Below are positions 52,987-63,920 of a stretch of DNA of 64,000 nt, in pieces. Origin of the DNA: Mobula hypostoma (lineage: Eukaryota); the NCBI RefSeq assembly GCF_963921235.1, contig NC_086108.1, positions 55,492,001-55,556,000 of the forward strand, given 5' to 3'. A program made the position numbers and the translations under genes. Every line of letters begins with the position of its first letter. Position 1 is the stretch's first letter. The notes under the pieces are model-generated. The model was not told the origin of the DNA. It searched no databases and saw only the letters and a list, made by a program, of their open reading frames with translations.

Positions 52987-54354
52987 CAGGTTCTGGGGCC
53001 TCCTCCACAATGGTCGTAGGGATTGAATCTGGGACTGCAGAAAGTTGTTCTGATGGCTCTACTGGCATTCCAAACAGTGTATTTCAAGCTGCTGATCCAA
53101 TGATCTATCCAAGGCCACCAAACAAAGCTTTGAGCCAATGCTTTCATTTTGACCATGTCTGCATGACCGGCCTGTAACTTCAACACTTTTCCTCTCAGCT
53201 TGGACGGTACAAAAACTGTCAATCCCCACATAAGGCAATTCCCATCAATGGCAAGTTCATCCCGGCACTGGAGCAATGGGGGAACGAGAATTTCTACTGC
53301 ACATTCCAGCCATTTAGGGTTGTCGCGTTGACTTGAGGCAGTTTCAGATCCTTTCTGCTTTCCCTGTGGATCATCTCCGTCATAGTGGGCAGACTTTTGA
53401 TTTGCATTAGGGAGAATACATGAAGAGGAATGTCCTCTATTTTGCCCATTCCCATTTCTTCCCAATCTTTTGTAATGAGTTCAAGGGGTGGAGCACAGTA
53501 GCCAGGTTTGGCAGGAACCTGTTGTAGTAATTGATAAATCCTTAAAAGGACCACAACTCTGACACATTCTTTGGCTTTGGAACATTCACTACTGCTTGAA
53601 TTTTCTCAGCACACTTATATAATTCTTATGCATCAATAGTGTGACCATAGTAGGTGATGCTTGATTTAAAGAATTCACACTTATCGCATTGTGCTTTGAG
53701 CCCATAATCTTCTAATCTTTTAAAACCCGTCTTAAGATTTAGAAGATGTTCCTTGTCATTCTCACTGGTAACAATGTTGTCATCTAGGTAACACTGAGTG
53801 CCCGGGCAGTCTTGTAGCACCTGGTCTATAGCTTTCTGCTAGAAGACAGGTGCAGATGCTATTCCAAAAATAAACCTATTATAGTGATAAAGCCCTTAAT
53901 GAGTGTTTATGCTGAGAAACACATTGGACTCTTCTTTAACCTCCATCTGTAGGTAGGCTTCAGATAAGTCCACTTTACTGAAGTGTTTCCCTCCAGAAAG
54001 TTTTTCAGATATATCTATCCTGGGCAGAAGATATTGATCCACTTTCAGCACTGGGTTGATAGTGACCTTAAAATCACCACAGATCCTGACAGACCCATCC
54101 TTCTTGGCTACCATGATCATTGGCATTATCCATGTGCTCCACTGCTGATCTAGCTCACTGGCTACATTATCACAGACGGTGTAAGGATTGGACAGGCTTT
54201 GTAAAACCTGGGTGTGGCACTTTCATTTAACATTATATTACCCTTAATATGTTTGCCACTGCCACAAAACAGCAAATTTCACAACGTACGGCAGTGATAT
54301 TAAATGTACTTCTCACTCTGATTCTGAAATCTTCCCACTCTATTCTAAAGACTA

Positions 54355-54660
54355 GCTTGATTTGTCACATGTGCATTGAAACATACATTGAAATTGTGTC
54401 GTTAGGTTCAAATCAAGTCAGCAAGGATTGTACTGGGGAACCCACAAGTGTCCCCACACTTCCAGCGCCAACACAACATGCCCACAACTCACTAATCCCA
54501 ACCTGTACGTCTTTGGAATGTAAGAGGAAACTGGAGCACCTGGAGGAAGCCCATGTGGTCACAGGGAGAACATACCAACTCCTTACAGGCAGAGGCAGTA
54601 TTAAACAGGGGGTACTGACTCTGTAATAGCTTCACACTAACCACTGTGCTATCGTGCCAC
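54355..54660 (-). mobile_element. V-SINE
   Basis: ggcacgatagcacagtggttag head; atgggcttcctccaggtgctccagtttcctcttacattccaaagacg V-domain. Confidence 0.85.
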
Positions 54661-55313
54661 CATAAATTTTCATTTAGAATCTTTCTCAGTTGTGATAGAA
54701 GTTCATCAGCCTGAAACATCTCTTTCTCCTCGGATGCAGTCAGGCCTGATGAATATTTCCAACCTTTCTGATTTTATTTTATTGAGGTTTCAGCATGGAA
54801 TGTAGATAATCTTTAGGACAACATGTAAACTTGTGTGCATTTTACATTCTGTGTTCTGGTTTTCGGGGCCAGCTTGATTTCCCACATAGATTGGTGTGGG
54901 ACTAGACATTTTGACTAACATTCATAAATAAAGATCATGATGTATAATGAGGGAAGTAAATTATAGGTTATAATATTCATTTTTTATTCTTGTGTGTAAT
55001 CTAGTCCTTGTATAGGCCTGGATCAAAGCCATGTTGAGGACCTGAGGAAGGCACTTTACTTATAATGACCTGAATACAATGATACTCTTCAGAGTTCACT
55101 GAGTGTTTCTTACAACAGCTCAATGTTTATAATTAAATGATTATTGATATTTGATGGAAGGTTATCAGTACTGTTGATGTTGAAATTAGTGTATGAATTT
55201 AAAGCGAGATCTCTACAAAATACTTGAGATAAATTTGCATGGTTGTTAAGCTGTTGTGCTGTAAAGACCAATGGTAATGCCGTGACTGCATGAAAAAGGA
55301 TCTAGTGCTTTCC

Positions 55314-55558
55314 CTTCTCGGGCTTCTAGATGGGTACATATATCAATTATAACTGACATTTTGATGACAAACTCTGCCATCTTCTTCAGGGATGATAACT
55401 TATGATTTACTTCCCTCATTATACATCATGTTCTTTATTTATGAATGATAGCTCAAAATGTCCGGTCCCACACCAAGCTATCCCTAAAGAAGATGGCAGA
55501 GTTTGTTGGTGAAACGTCGGTTATAATTGATACTTGTACCCGCTGGAAGCCCGAGAAG
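55314..55558. mobile_element. Inverted pair of 3' ends from a third Penelope-like family, each with a hammerhead remnant
   Basis: Arms 55314-55393 and 55480-55558; combined consensus atcc-CTGAAGA-agatggcagagtttgtcatc-GAAAC-GTC-ggtt. Confidence 0.75.
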
Positions 55559-55904
55559 ATTTGATTTGACATGGACTGTATTTATTCATCTTGTCTATAA
55601 AATTATGATAAAATTTAATTATATTACTCTGATTAAAAAGGGTCAAACATTTCTGTTTCTGTCAAATATCCCAAACTTTTAAAATGAGGAGTGGAAGTTA
55701 CAAACTGGAATATCTCAAAGAATGAACTGCATCTAAGAGGAAATGTTAAATTACATATGGTGAAACTGTTTACTGGAGACCAAGTTTCCCTATGCTGTTT
55801 GCAGAGTCCACTGGAGTTGTGAAACATGGTAATAATCTGGAAGAATGGAGATATGATTGGTCAGAGGAGATAATAGAAACACTTAAACATAGAAGATATC
55901 CAAA

Positions 55905-56256
55905 AATTGTACCAGAAGGCTGAGTCTGCAGTCCCACGCAATAAGGCTGATCAATACCTCCACCCACTAACCCACCCCCCACACCTCTCACCACCACTAC
56001 TTTATCATTTCCTCTCAGTCACCTTCCAGTACACACCCATATGCCTAGTGCAGCTTTATGTACATACAATCACTCTCTCTCTCTCTTTCTCTCTATATAT
56101 ATAAAGGCTATCTTACTTATTTATATTGTGTTTTTATTGTGCTGTTCTTTAGCTAATTGGTTTTTTTTGCTGCTGCATCAGATTTGGAGTAACAATTACT
56201 TTGTTCTCCTTTACACTTGTGTGCTGGAAATGACATTAAAAAATCTTGAATCTTGA
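55905..56256 (+). mobile_element. Rex1-like 3' end and tail
   Basis: Ends aaatgacattaaaaaatcttgaatcttga, like the other tailed copies. Confidence 0.55.
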
Positions 56257-56667
56257 GGTAATTGTTGCTTGTCCAGGGTGGAAACTTTCACAACTGTGCC
56301 CTGGCTAAAGTGATGACCATCAAAATAAACCTACCACTTTTTTTTCAGTGGGTTAAGCTCTCTCATTTCTTTGGGAAAATATTGATTTTCTGAACAGAGT
56401 GAAGAAGGAGGATGACTGCAAAACTTTCCCAATGGGATAAGTCTGTCCTTGCTTATGGAGAAAAGAACTATTTCTTGAAAATATTTACTTGAGTAGTATA
56501 TTTTGAAGCAAGTAAATGCACCAAGGTAGGTATGCCAAAATAGTAGCTTAAGCCTATAATTTACTTGTGTATGGGTCAGACATCAACCTTACCAATATGC
56601 AGCTAGACACTGACTGCAGTCTGAACCTGATGCCAATGATGTGAAGCTGGAGAGCAAGAATGATTCA

Positions 56668-56738
56668 AGTCTTAGTGAAGGGTCTTGGCCTGAAAGGACG
56701 ACTGTTCATGCTCCTCCCTTGGTGCTGCCTAACTTGCA
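56668..56738 (+). mobile_element. Degenerate short Penelope-like hammerhead unit
   Basis: agtcttagtgaagggtcttggcctgaaaggacgactg...ggtgctgcctaacttgc. Confidence 0.7.
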
Positions 56739-57674
56739 AAGTGGACAGTTTAATACTTCCCACATTATAGCCCATTTGTCAGTACTCTTCAAAATCATAT
56801 AACCAATTTATTTCACTATAGCTTCATAACATTCTTCTGCCTTTTTATTCAACTTTATTTATTGGTGCCTTCATCCAAGGCATTTATGTAGAAAGTAAAA
56901 TGTTGCTGTCTCAGTACTACTGTGCCTGTGGCACATCAGTTATTGCATGCTGCCAGTCAGAAAGTGATCCACTGTGCCTACTATTTGTTTCCTATGAGCC
57001 TGTCAATTCTATCCATGTTAATAAATTATCTCCTATACCATGCAATAACCTTTGATGTGACCCTTTCTCAAATGCCCTGTAGAAATCTAAATGTAGTGCA
57101 TCTCCCATATCAATGTATTACTATTTCAAAGGATTCTAATAAAATTTCCCTTTCAGAAAGTTATGTTGACTTCCCTGATTGATTTTTTTTGGCGCTGTGC
57201 CACAACGTTTTTAGTAATAGTTTCTATCATGTTTCATATAACACATGTGAAGCCTATAGGTTCTTGCTTTCTGTCTCCCACTCATTTTCAATAAAAGAGT
57301 TACATTAGCCATTTTCCAATCTAATGGAACCTTCCCCAATAACATACAGGATTTGGGAAAATTAAAACAAATGATTCAAGTATTTCACTGTACACCTCTT
57401 CTCAGACTCCAGGTTGAAGTCCAATAGAACGTGAAGCCTTGTCAGCTCCAACTCCAACTCGAATAGTTTATTAAGAACAACTACCCTAAGGATCATAATT
57501 TTTCTCTGCTCTTTCCTTTCTTACAATTTTTAATTTAGCTATTTCGAGATGTTGCATACGTTATAGTGAAAGTTGATGCAACACACTATTACTAAGTTGC
57601 CACATACAAAATTACTGTGCAGGACATTGAGCACATAGAGTTGAGGTGAAGGATAGGGGCTAACTCATGGAAAA

Positions 57675-58020
57675 CAAAAAGTTACAGAGAAGTACAGCAC
57701 AGAAACAGGTCCTTCGGCCTATGTAGTCTATTGCAAAACCATTTAAACTGCTTACTCCATCAATCTGCATTGGGGGCCATAGTCCTCCATACCCCTACCA
57801 TCCATATACCTAACCAAACTTCTCTTAAACGTTGAAATTGAGCTCACGTGTACCACTTGTGCTGGCAGCTCATTCCACACTCTCATGACCCTCTGAGTAA
57901 ATAAGTTTTCCCTCATGTTCCCATTAATTTTTTCACCTTTCACCCTTAACCCATGACCTCTGGTTGTAGTCCCACCCAACTTTAGTAGAAAAAGCCTGTT
58001 TGTATTAACCTTATCTGTAC
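57675..58020 (-). mobile_element. CR1 3' end
   Basis: TTTRGHGLRVKGEK...FTQRVMRVWNELP...FKRSLVRYM. Confidence 0.9.
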
Positions 58021-58494
58021 TTCAGAATCAGAATCAGGTTTATCATCACTGGCATGTGACATGAAATTTGTTAACTTAGAAGCAGCAGTTCAATGCAATA
58101 CATATTATAGAAGAAAAAAATAAATAAATAAATAAATCAATTATAGTGTGTGTGTGTGTGTGTGTGTATATGTATGTATATATATATAGAATAGATAAAA
58201 AATCATGCAAATAACAGAAATCCTATATTTTTTTAAAAAAGTGAGTTAGTGTCCAAGGGTTCAAAGTCCATTTAGGAATCGAATGGCAGAGGGGAAGAAG
58301 CTGTTCCTGATGCTGAGTGTGTGACTTCAGGCTTCTGTACCTTCTTCCTGATGATGCCAGTGAGAAAAGGGCATGCCCTGGGTGCTGGAGGTCTTTAATA
58401 ATGGACGCTCCCTTTCTGAGACATCACTCCTTGAAAATGTCCTGAGTACTTTGTAGGCTAGTACCCAAGATGGAGCCAACTAAATTTACAACGC

Positions 58495-58997
58495 TAGCGG
58501 AAGTTTGAGAAAGCCACATTCAGGTTGGAGGAACAACGCCTTATATTCCGTCTGCGTAACATCCAACCTGATGGCATGAACATTGACCCCAAACTTCTGC
58601 TAATGCCCCACCTCCCCCTCATACCCCATCCCTTATTTATTTATATACACACATTCTTTTTCTCTCTCTCCTTTTTCTCCTTCTGTCCCTCTCACTATAC
58701 CCCTTGCCTATCCTCTGGGTTTTCCCCTCCTCCCCCTTTTCTTTCTCCTTGGGCCTCCTGTCCCATGATCCTCTCATATCCCTTTTGCCAATCAACTGTC
58801 CAGCTCTTGGCTCCATCCCTCCCCCTCTTGTCTTCTACCATTTTGGATCTCCCCTCCCCCTCCCACTTTTAAATCTCTTACTATCTCTTCTTTCAGTTAG
58901 TCCTGACGAAGGGTCTCGGCCTGAAGCGTCGACTGTACCTCTTCCTAGAGATGCTGCCTGGCCTGCTCCATTCACCAGCAACTTTTATGTGTGTTGC
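58495..58997 (+). mobile_element. Neptune-type PLE 3' fragment (endonuclease end and pLTR; hammerhead 58899-58934 with GAAA changed to GAAG)
   Basis: RLEEQRLIFRLRNIQPDGMNID matches the end of ORF 59619-60545; pLTR matches 52775-52986. Confidence 0.92.
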
Positions 58998-59075
58998 TCG
59001 ATATGCTGGGACCAGATTAGATCCTCAGAGATCTTGACACCCAGGAGCTTCAAACTGCTCACTCTCTCCACTTCT

Positions 59076-59292
59076 AAACACAAAATAATCTGCAGATGCT
59101 GGGGTCAAAGCAACACTCACAACACACTGGAGGAACTCAGCAGGTTGGGCAGCATCCGTGGAAACGATGAGTCAACGTTTCGGTCTGGAACGTTTCGGTC
59201 CTGACGAAGGGTTCCGGCCTGAAACGTTGACCCATTGTTTCCACGGATGCTGCCCGACCTGCTGAGTTCCTCTAGCGTGTTGTGAGTGTTGC
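59076..59292. mobile_element. 217-bp fold-back Penelope-like insertion (second subfamily)
   Basis: 14-bp TSD CTCTCTCCACTTCT (59062-59075 and 59293-59306); inverted arms. Confidence 0.93.
59197..59232 (+). ncRNA. Intact minimal type I hammerhead ribozyme motif
   Basis: GGTC-CTGACGA-AGG gttccgg CCT-GAAAC-GTT-GACC; stem I ggtc/gacc covaries with agtc/gact of the other subfamily. Confidence 0.85.
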
Positions 59293-59645
59293 CTCTCTCC
59301 ACTTCTGATCCCTCTATGAGGATTGGTATGTGCTCCTTCGTCTTACCCTTCCTGAAGTCCACAATCAGCTCTTATGTCTTACTGTCGTTGAGTGCCAGGT
59401 TTTTGCTGCGGCACCATTCCACTAGTTGGCATCTCACTCATGTACACCCTCTCATCTCCGCCTGAGTTTCTACCAACAATGGTTGTATCGTCAGCAAATT
59501 TATAGATGGTATTTGAGCTATGCCTAGCCACACAGTCATGTGTATATAGAGAGTAGAGTAGTGGACTAAGCACACACCCCTGAGGTGCACCAGTGTTGAT
59601 AATCAACGAGGAGGAGATGTGATCTCCAATCTGCACAGATTGTGG

Positions 59646-60691
59646 ACCCAAAATACTCTGCAGAGGCTGGGGTCAAAGCAACACTCTCATTACTACCTCG
59701 ACTATACCTCTTCCCACCCTGACACATGCAAAAATGCCATTCCCTATTCCCAGTTCCGCTGTCTCCGCCGCATCTGCTCCCAGGATGAGGCTTTCCGTTC
59801 CAGGACATCTCAAATGTCCCCTTTCTTTAAGGATCGTGGTTTCCCTTCTGCCATCATCAATGATGCCCTCACCCGCATCTCCTCCATTTCCCACACTTCA
59901 GCCCTCAACCCATCCTCCCGCCACCACAACAGGGACAGAGTTCCCCTTGTCCTCACCTACCACCCCATCAGCCTCCGGATCCAGCATATTATCCTCCACA
60001 ACTTCCACCACCTTCAACAGGACCCCACCACTAAGCACATCTTTCCCTCTCCACCCCTCTCCACTTTCCGCAGGGATCGATCCCTCCGTGACTCCCTGAT
60101 CCACACTTCCCTCCCCACAGATCTCCCACCCGGCACTTATCCCTGTCAGCGTAAGTGCTATACCTGCCCCTACACCTCCTCTCTTGCCACCATTCAGGGC
60201 CCCAAACAGTCCTTCCAGGTGAGGCAACACTTCACTTGTGAGCCTGTTGGGGTCATCTATTGCATCCGGTGCTCCCGATGTGGCCTCCTCTACATCGGTG
60301 AAACCCAACACAGATTGGGGGACCACTTCGTCGAGCACCTCCGCTCCGTCCGCCACAATAGACAGGATCTACCGGTTGCCACCCACTTCAACTCTGCTTC
60401 AGATTCCCATTCGGATATGTCCATACATGGCCTCCTCTACTGCCATGATGAGGCTAAACTCAGGTTGGAGGAGCAATACCTCATATACCGTCTAGGTAGT
60501 CTCCAGCCCCTTGGTATGAACATAGAATTCTTCAACTTCCGGTAATTCCCTCCCCCTCCCTTCCCCTATCCCTATTTCACTCTGCCCCCTTCCCCCAGCT
60601 GCCTGATGAAGGGTTCTGGCCCGAAATGTTGACCGGTCATTTCCGCGGATGCTGCCCGACCTGCTGAGTTCCTCCAGCGTGTTGTGAGTTT
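59646..60691 (+). mobile_element. Neptune-type Penelope-like element, 5'-truncated, with inverted tail at its 5' junction
   Basis: 14-bp TSD TGCACAGATTGTGG (59632-59645 and 60692-60705); inverted piece 59646-59686; hammerhead remnant ~60603-60634. Confidence 0.95.
59688..60545 (+). pseudogene. PLE ORF C-terminal part: RT thumb, Cys-rich linker, GIY-YIG endonuclease (open frame, 5'-truncated)
   Basis: YLDYTSSHP...AIPYSQFRCLRRICS; PCQRKCYTC...FTC linker typical of Neptune; GVIYCIRCSRCGLLYIGET..RL..HFVEH; PVATHFN. Confidence 0.93.
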
Positions 60692-61174
60692 TGCACAGAT
60701 TGTGGTCTTCCGGTTAAGAAGTCGAGAATCCAACTGCAGAGGGAGATGCAGAGGCCCGGGTTCTGTAACTTCTCAATCAGGATTGTGGGAATGATGGTGT
60801 TAAATGCCGAGCTATAGTCAATGAACAGCATCCTGACATAGGTGTTTGTATTGTTCAGGTGGTCTAAAACTGTGTGAAGAGCCTTTGAGATTGCATCTGC
60901 CATTGACGTTTTGTGGCAATAGGCAAATTGCAATGGGTCCAGGTCCTTGTTGAGGCAGGAGTTCAGTATGGTTATTACCAACCTCTCAAAGCATTTCATC
61001 AGCGTGGATGTGAGCGTTACCGGGCGATAGTCATTAAGGCAGCTCACATTATTCTTCTAAAGCACTGGTATAATTGTTGCCTTTTTGAAGCAAGAGGGAA
61101 TTTCTGTCCATGGCAGTGAGAGGTTGAAAATGTCCTTGAATACTCCCGCCAGTTCGTTGGTTCTCATAAAAATT

Positions 61175-62010
61175 TGGGTTAAATGAGTTATATTTAAAAT
61201 GGCAATCAGCAACTCATGGGGTTTCAAAGGGATCATTGCTGCGGCCTGGTTAGATGTAAAAATAAGTGGTTTTAACATATTGTAACAAGGATAGATAGAG
61301 CCTGCAAAGAGAAATAGATAGGGTAAGTGAATGGGAAGGAGGCTGGTATATGGAATATTATGTGGAGAAAATGTTAGGCTTTTATATTTCGGAAAGGATG
61401 AATGATAAAGCATTTGAGATGACAGAACTTTGCAGTACAAAGGGACCTAATAGTACATGAAAAATAATCTGTTTAGCATGCAAGTAATTAGTAAAGCTGA
61501 CAAAACGTTTGTCCATATGGCAAGAGGTAAGGTATCGTATATAAAAGAAAGGTTCATTTGAGGCTTTTAGAATGAAGGTTGAGACCATGAAGTACTGCAC
61601 TCTGTTTTTGTTTACGAAGTTAAGATAAGTTATGATTGCATTTGGGCAATGCAGAGTAAGTTCATTGGGTTGATCCTGGTTTGAAGGATTGACGTATGAT
61701 GAGCAGTTGGGCAAGTTGGAGCAATGGGTATTGGTACATAAAAGAATTAAACATTAATGATTCTGAGAAAATCTTGGTTCTGATAAGGGTATTAAAGCAT
61801 ACTTTCAGAATAAGTGGAGATGAGAAGCATTTTCTTGTCAGCAGGTCACAAATCTTTCACTTCACTGCCATTTAAATTCCAAGGGAGGGGAGAGGATGGG
61901 GAGAACATGTAAAATTGCTTTTGAGGCCAAGATTATATCAACCATGATCTTATTCCATGGCAGAGCTGGACTGACCCACTGACTGATTTACTCCTGCTTA
62001 TGTTGTTCGG
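61175..62010 (+). mobile_element. Old CR1 fragment
   Basis: Degenerate gagaccatgaagtactgcactctgttttt (RPHLEYCxQF-like) and CR1-type 3' UTR. Confidence 0.65.
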
Positions 62011-62164
62011 TCATTCTTTATATTTTTTGTTACTATCCTTTGCTGCTGTTGTTCCTTTCATAACATTATTGGTCTTTCAGTATCTTCGTTGAGTGATGAA
62101 TTTTGATATGTGTTTTTCTCCCTGGTATTTCAAAACTCTCTTAAATAATCAATCATACTTCTGG

Positions 62165-62940
62165 TAAGATGACAGTGTGCTCAGTTGTAGTGGCCGCTCT
62201 GGGTCCAAAGATGTCATTGTTCATCTTTTGCAGCTTTTTTGTGATCACAAGACACTGCCTGATATTGAGAACATCAAGTACTGCAGGTCTGTCCCTCTGG
62301 TGAGCTGCTCAATGGCATTGGAGCTTCTATAGCCACCCAAGGAGGAAGGTGTTAAAGGTGATGTGTGGCCCAACAGATGGTGCAAGTGGTTGTCTTGGAT
62401 GTTGTTCTTGTAATCACAAGGCCCTGATGGACATTGGCAATGCAGAATTCTGCAAGTCTGGTTTATTGGTTCATTGGCAAGACTGATGGCAGGGGAGCTG
62501 CGTACCCTCGGTTGTTGCATGGACCCTGGGCCCTCAGGCGGTGGGGTCATGATTTGCAGCCACCCAGGGCTGGAGACACTGGGGGCGGTGTTGGAGAGAG
62601 CTGAGGCCTGTGCTGGATTGGGGGGCTGGCCCTTCCTATTGGTCTCATTCTCCAGTGTTCACTCATTGGAAGACAAACTGGATTATGCCTGTCCGTAGCC
62701 ACACTAGTATGTGGTGTTGATGGCTGCGTACTTGTTCTTGCAGAAACGTGGCTCCAGGACAACATCCCATGCACCATCAATCTGCAGGCCATGTGACTTG
62801 GGCAAGATTACTTCAGTGTTTTTGCTATCGTAACTCATTCTGACTGTTGGTACTGAGCTTTGCTTGGCCCTAGAGGACCACTGTTTCATTTGGCTGTGTT
62901 CATATACATTATCAAATGACAATTGAACTTGAACTTGAAG
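62165..62940 (+). mobile_element. Non-autonomous Rex1-like derivative (5' UTR and ORF start joined to 3' tail)
   Basis: Starts aagatgac; SSVHSLEDKLDY resembles the start of a Rex1-type endonuclease; tail ttgaacttgaacttgaag. Confidence 0.6.
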
Positions 62941-63399
62941 CTTGTCTTTCTCTATAAGACATTTTTTTTATTTTGAGTATGGAATCAGGGGTGAACAGTA
63001 ACCTATTTCGCTCTTCAGAGTAAAACCACCTGGCCCAAAAACCACCCTAATCGTATCTAAAGAATGGCTTGAACCAGAGTTTTTGGTGCTTCAAACATTT
63101 ATGGAAGGTCAAAGAGCTCATGAGATATTGTCAAAACATGGCAAAACAAAAGGTTTCTGTTGCTGTTGGCGGGTGACTTTCCTGTCATAGTAGCACAAGA
63201 TGGGGGTAAGATTGTGCAACCTGATTGAAGCAAAGACCCATTAAGCTATTTCGTGATTCGTGAGGGAAATTAGAGAGAGAGAGGGAGTTGAGAGGGAGAA
63301 ACAGAGAGCTAAAAGACTTCTAAAGGCAGTGAAAGGCAGTTCAGAGATATACTTTACATAGGAAAAACTGAAGATACATTGGATGATGATTTTACTGTG

Positions 63400-63920
63400 C
63401 ACCTCTTTTCATTCTGCAGGAGCAACCCTAAGCTTCCAGTTGTCTGCCACTTTTTAGTTTGCATTTCATTCGGACTCAATGCCTAATTCACAGTTTCAGA
63501 TAACCTGCCTTTTCTGTGTGCTGGACTGAACTGGCTTGAGCTAAAGAGAGGTTATCTATTGATAGCCTACCAAACCAAAATTAACTCATTCTTTCCCAGC
63601 ATTACCCTTCAGATTTCAGGTCTGCGCAATAGCCCTGCATAGTTCACAACCTCCTACACTCCCCTGATTCCATTTCTAACTGCCTCCAGTAATCTATTAA
63701 CCTGATTAAACCCACCCTCACCCTATCAGAGATGTACCCCTTGCCCCTAACCATCAATTTCTGCTCTCCCTTCCCCTTAAACTAACATCCCATTTCCAAA
63801 GAAAGGCCTCTGACCTGTTATATTAACTATGTTACTCACTCCCCAGTTATTGCCTGACCTGCTCAGTCTGTCTAGCATTTTATGCTTTAACGTGAGAATC
63901 GCAGTATTTGCAGTTATCTG
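63400..63920 (+). mobile_element. Very old Neptune-type 3' remnant
   Basis: cttccagttgtctgccacttt (LPVxxHF-like); tgcctgacctgctcagtctgtctagcatttt and a tail gcagtatttgcag. Confidence 0.55.

Larger units (their letters stand above)
52018..54248 (-). mobile_element. Gypsy family A, 3' part (RT, integrase zinc finger, PPT, 3' LTR 52018-52260)
   Basis: KKDGSVRICGDFKVTINP, FSKVDLSEAY, CYLDDNIV, AGHADMVKMK; PPT agcaggga; RNase H and integrase core missing. Confidence 0.93.
58023..61160 (-). mobile_element. Rex1/Babar LINE (RT to 3' tail) interrupted by three Penelope-like insertions
   Basis: [60 protein letters not shown]; (gattct)n tail; (TG)n/(TA)n at 58146-58188. Confidence 0.95.

Noticed and set aside
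59619..59687. N-terminus of the 308-aa ORF as a real gene start
   Set aside because: It is made of Rex1 antisense sequence, the TSD and the inverted tail; the ORF is a truncated PLE.
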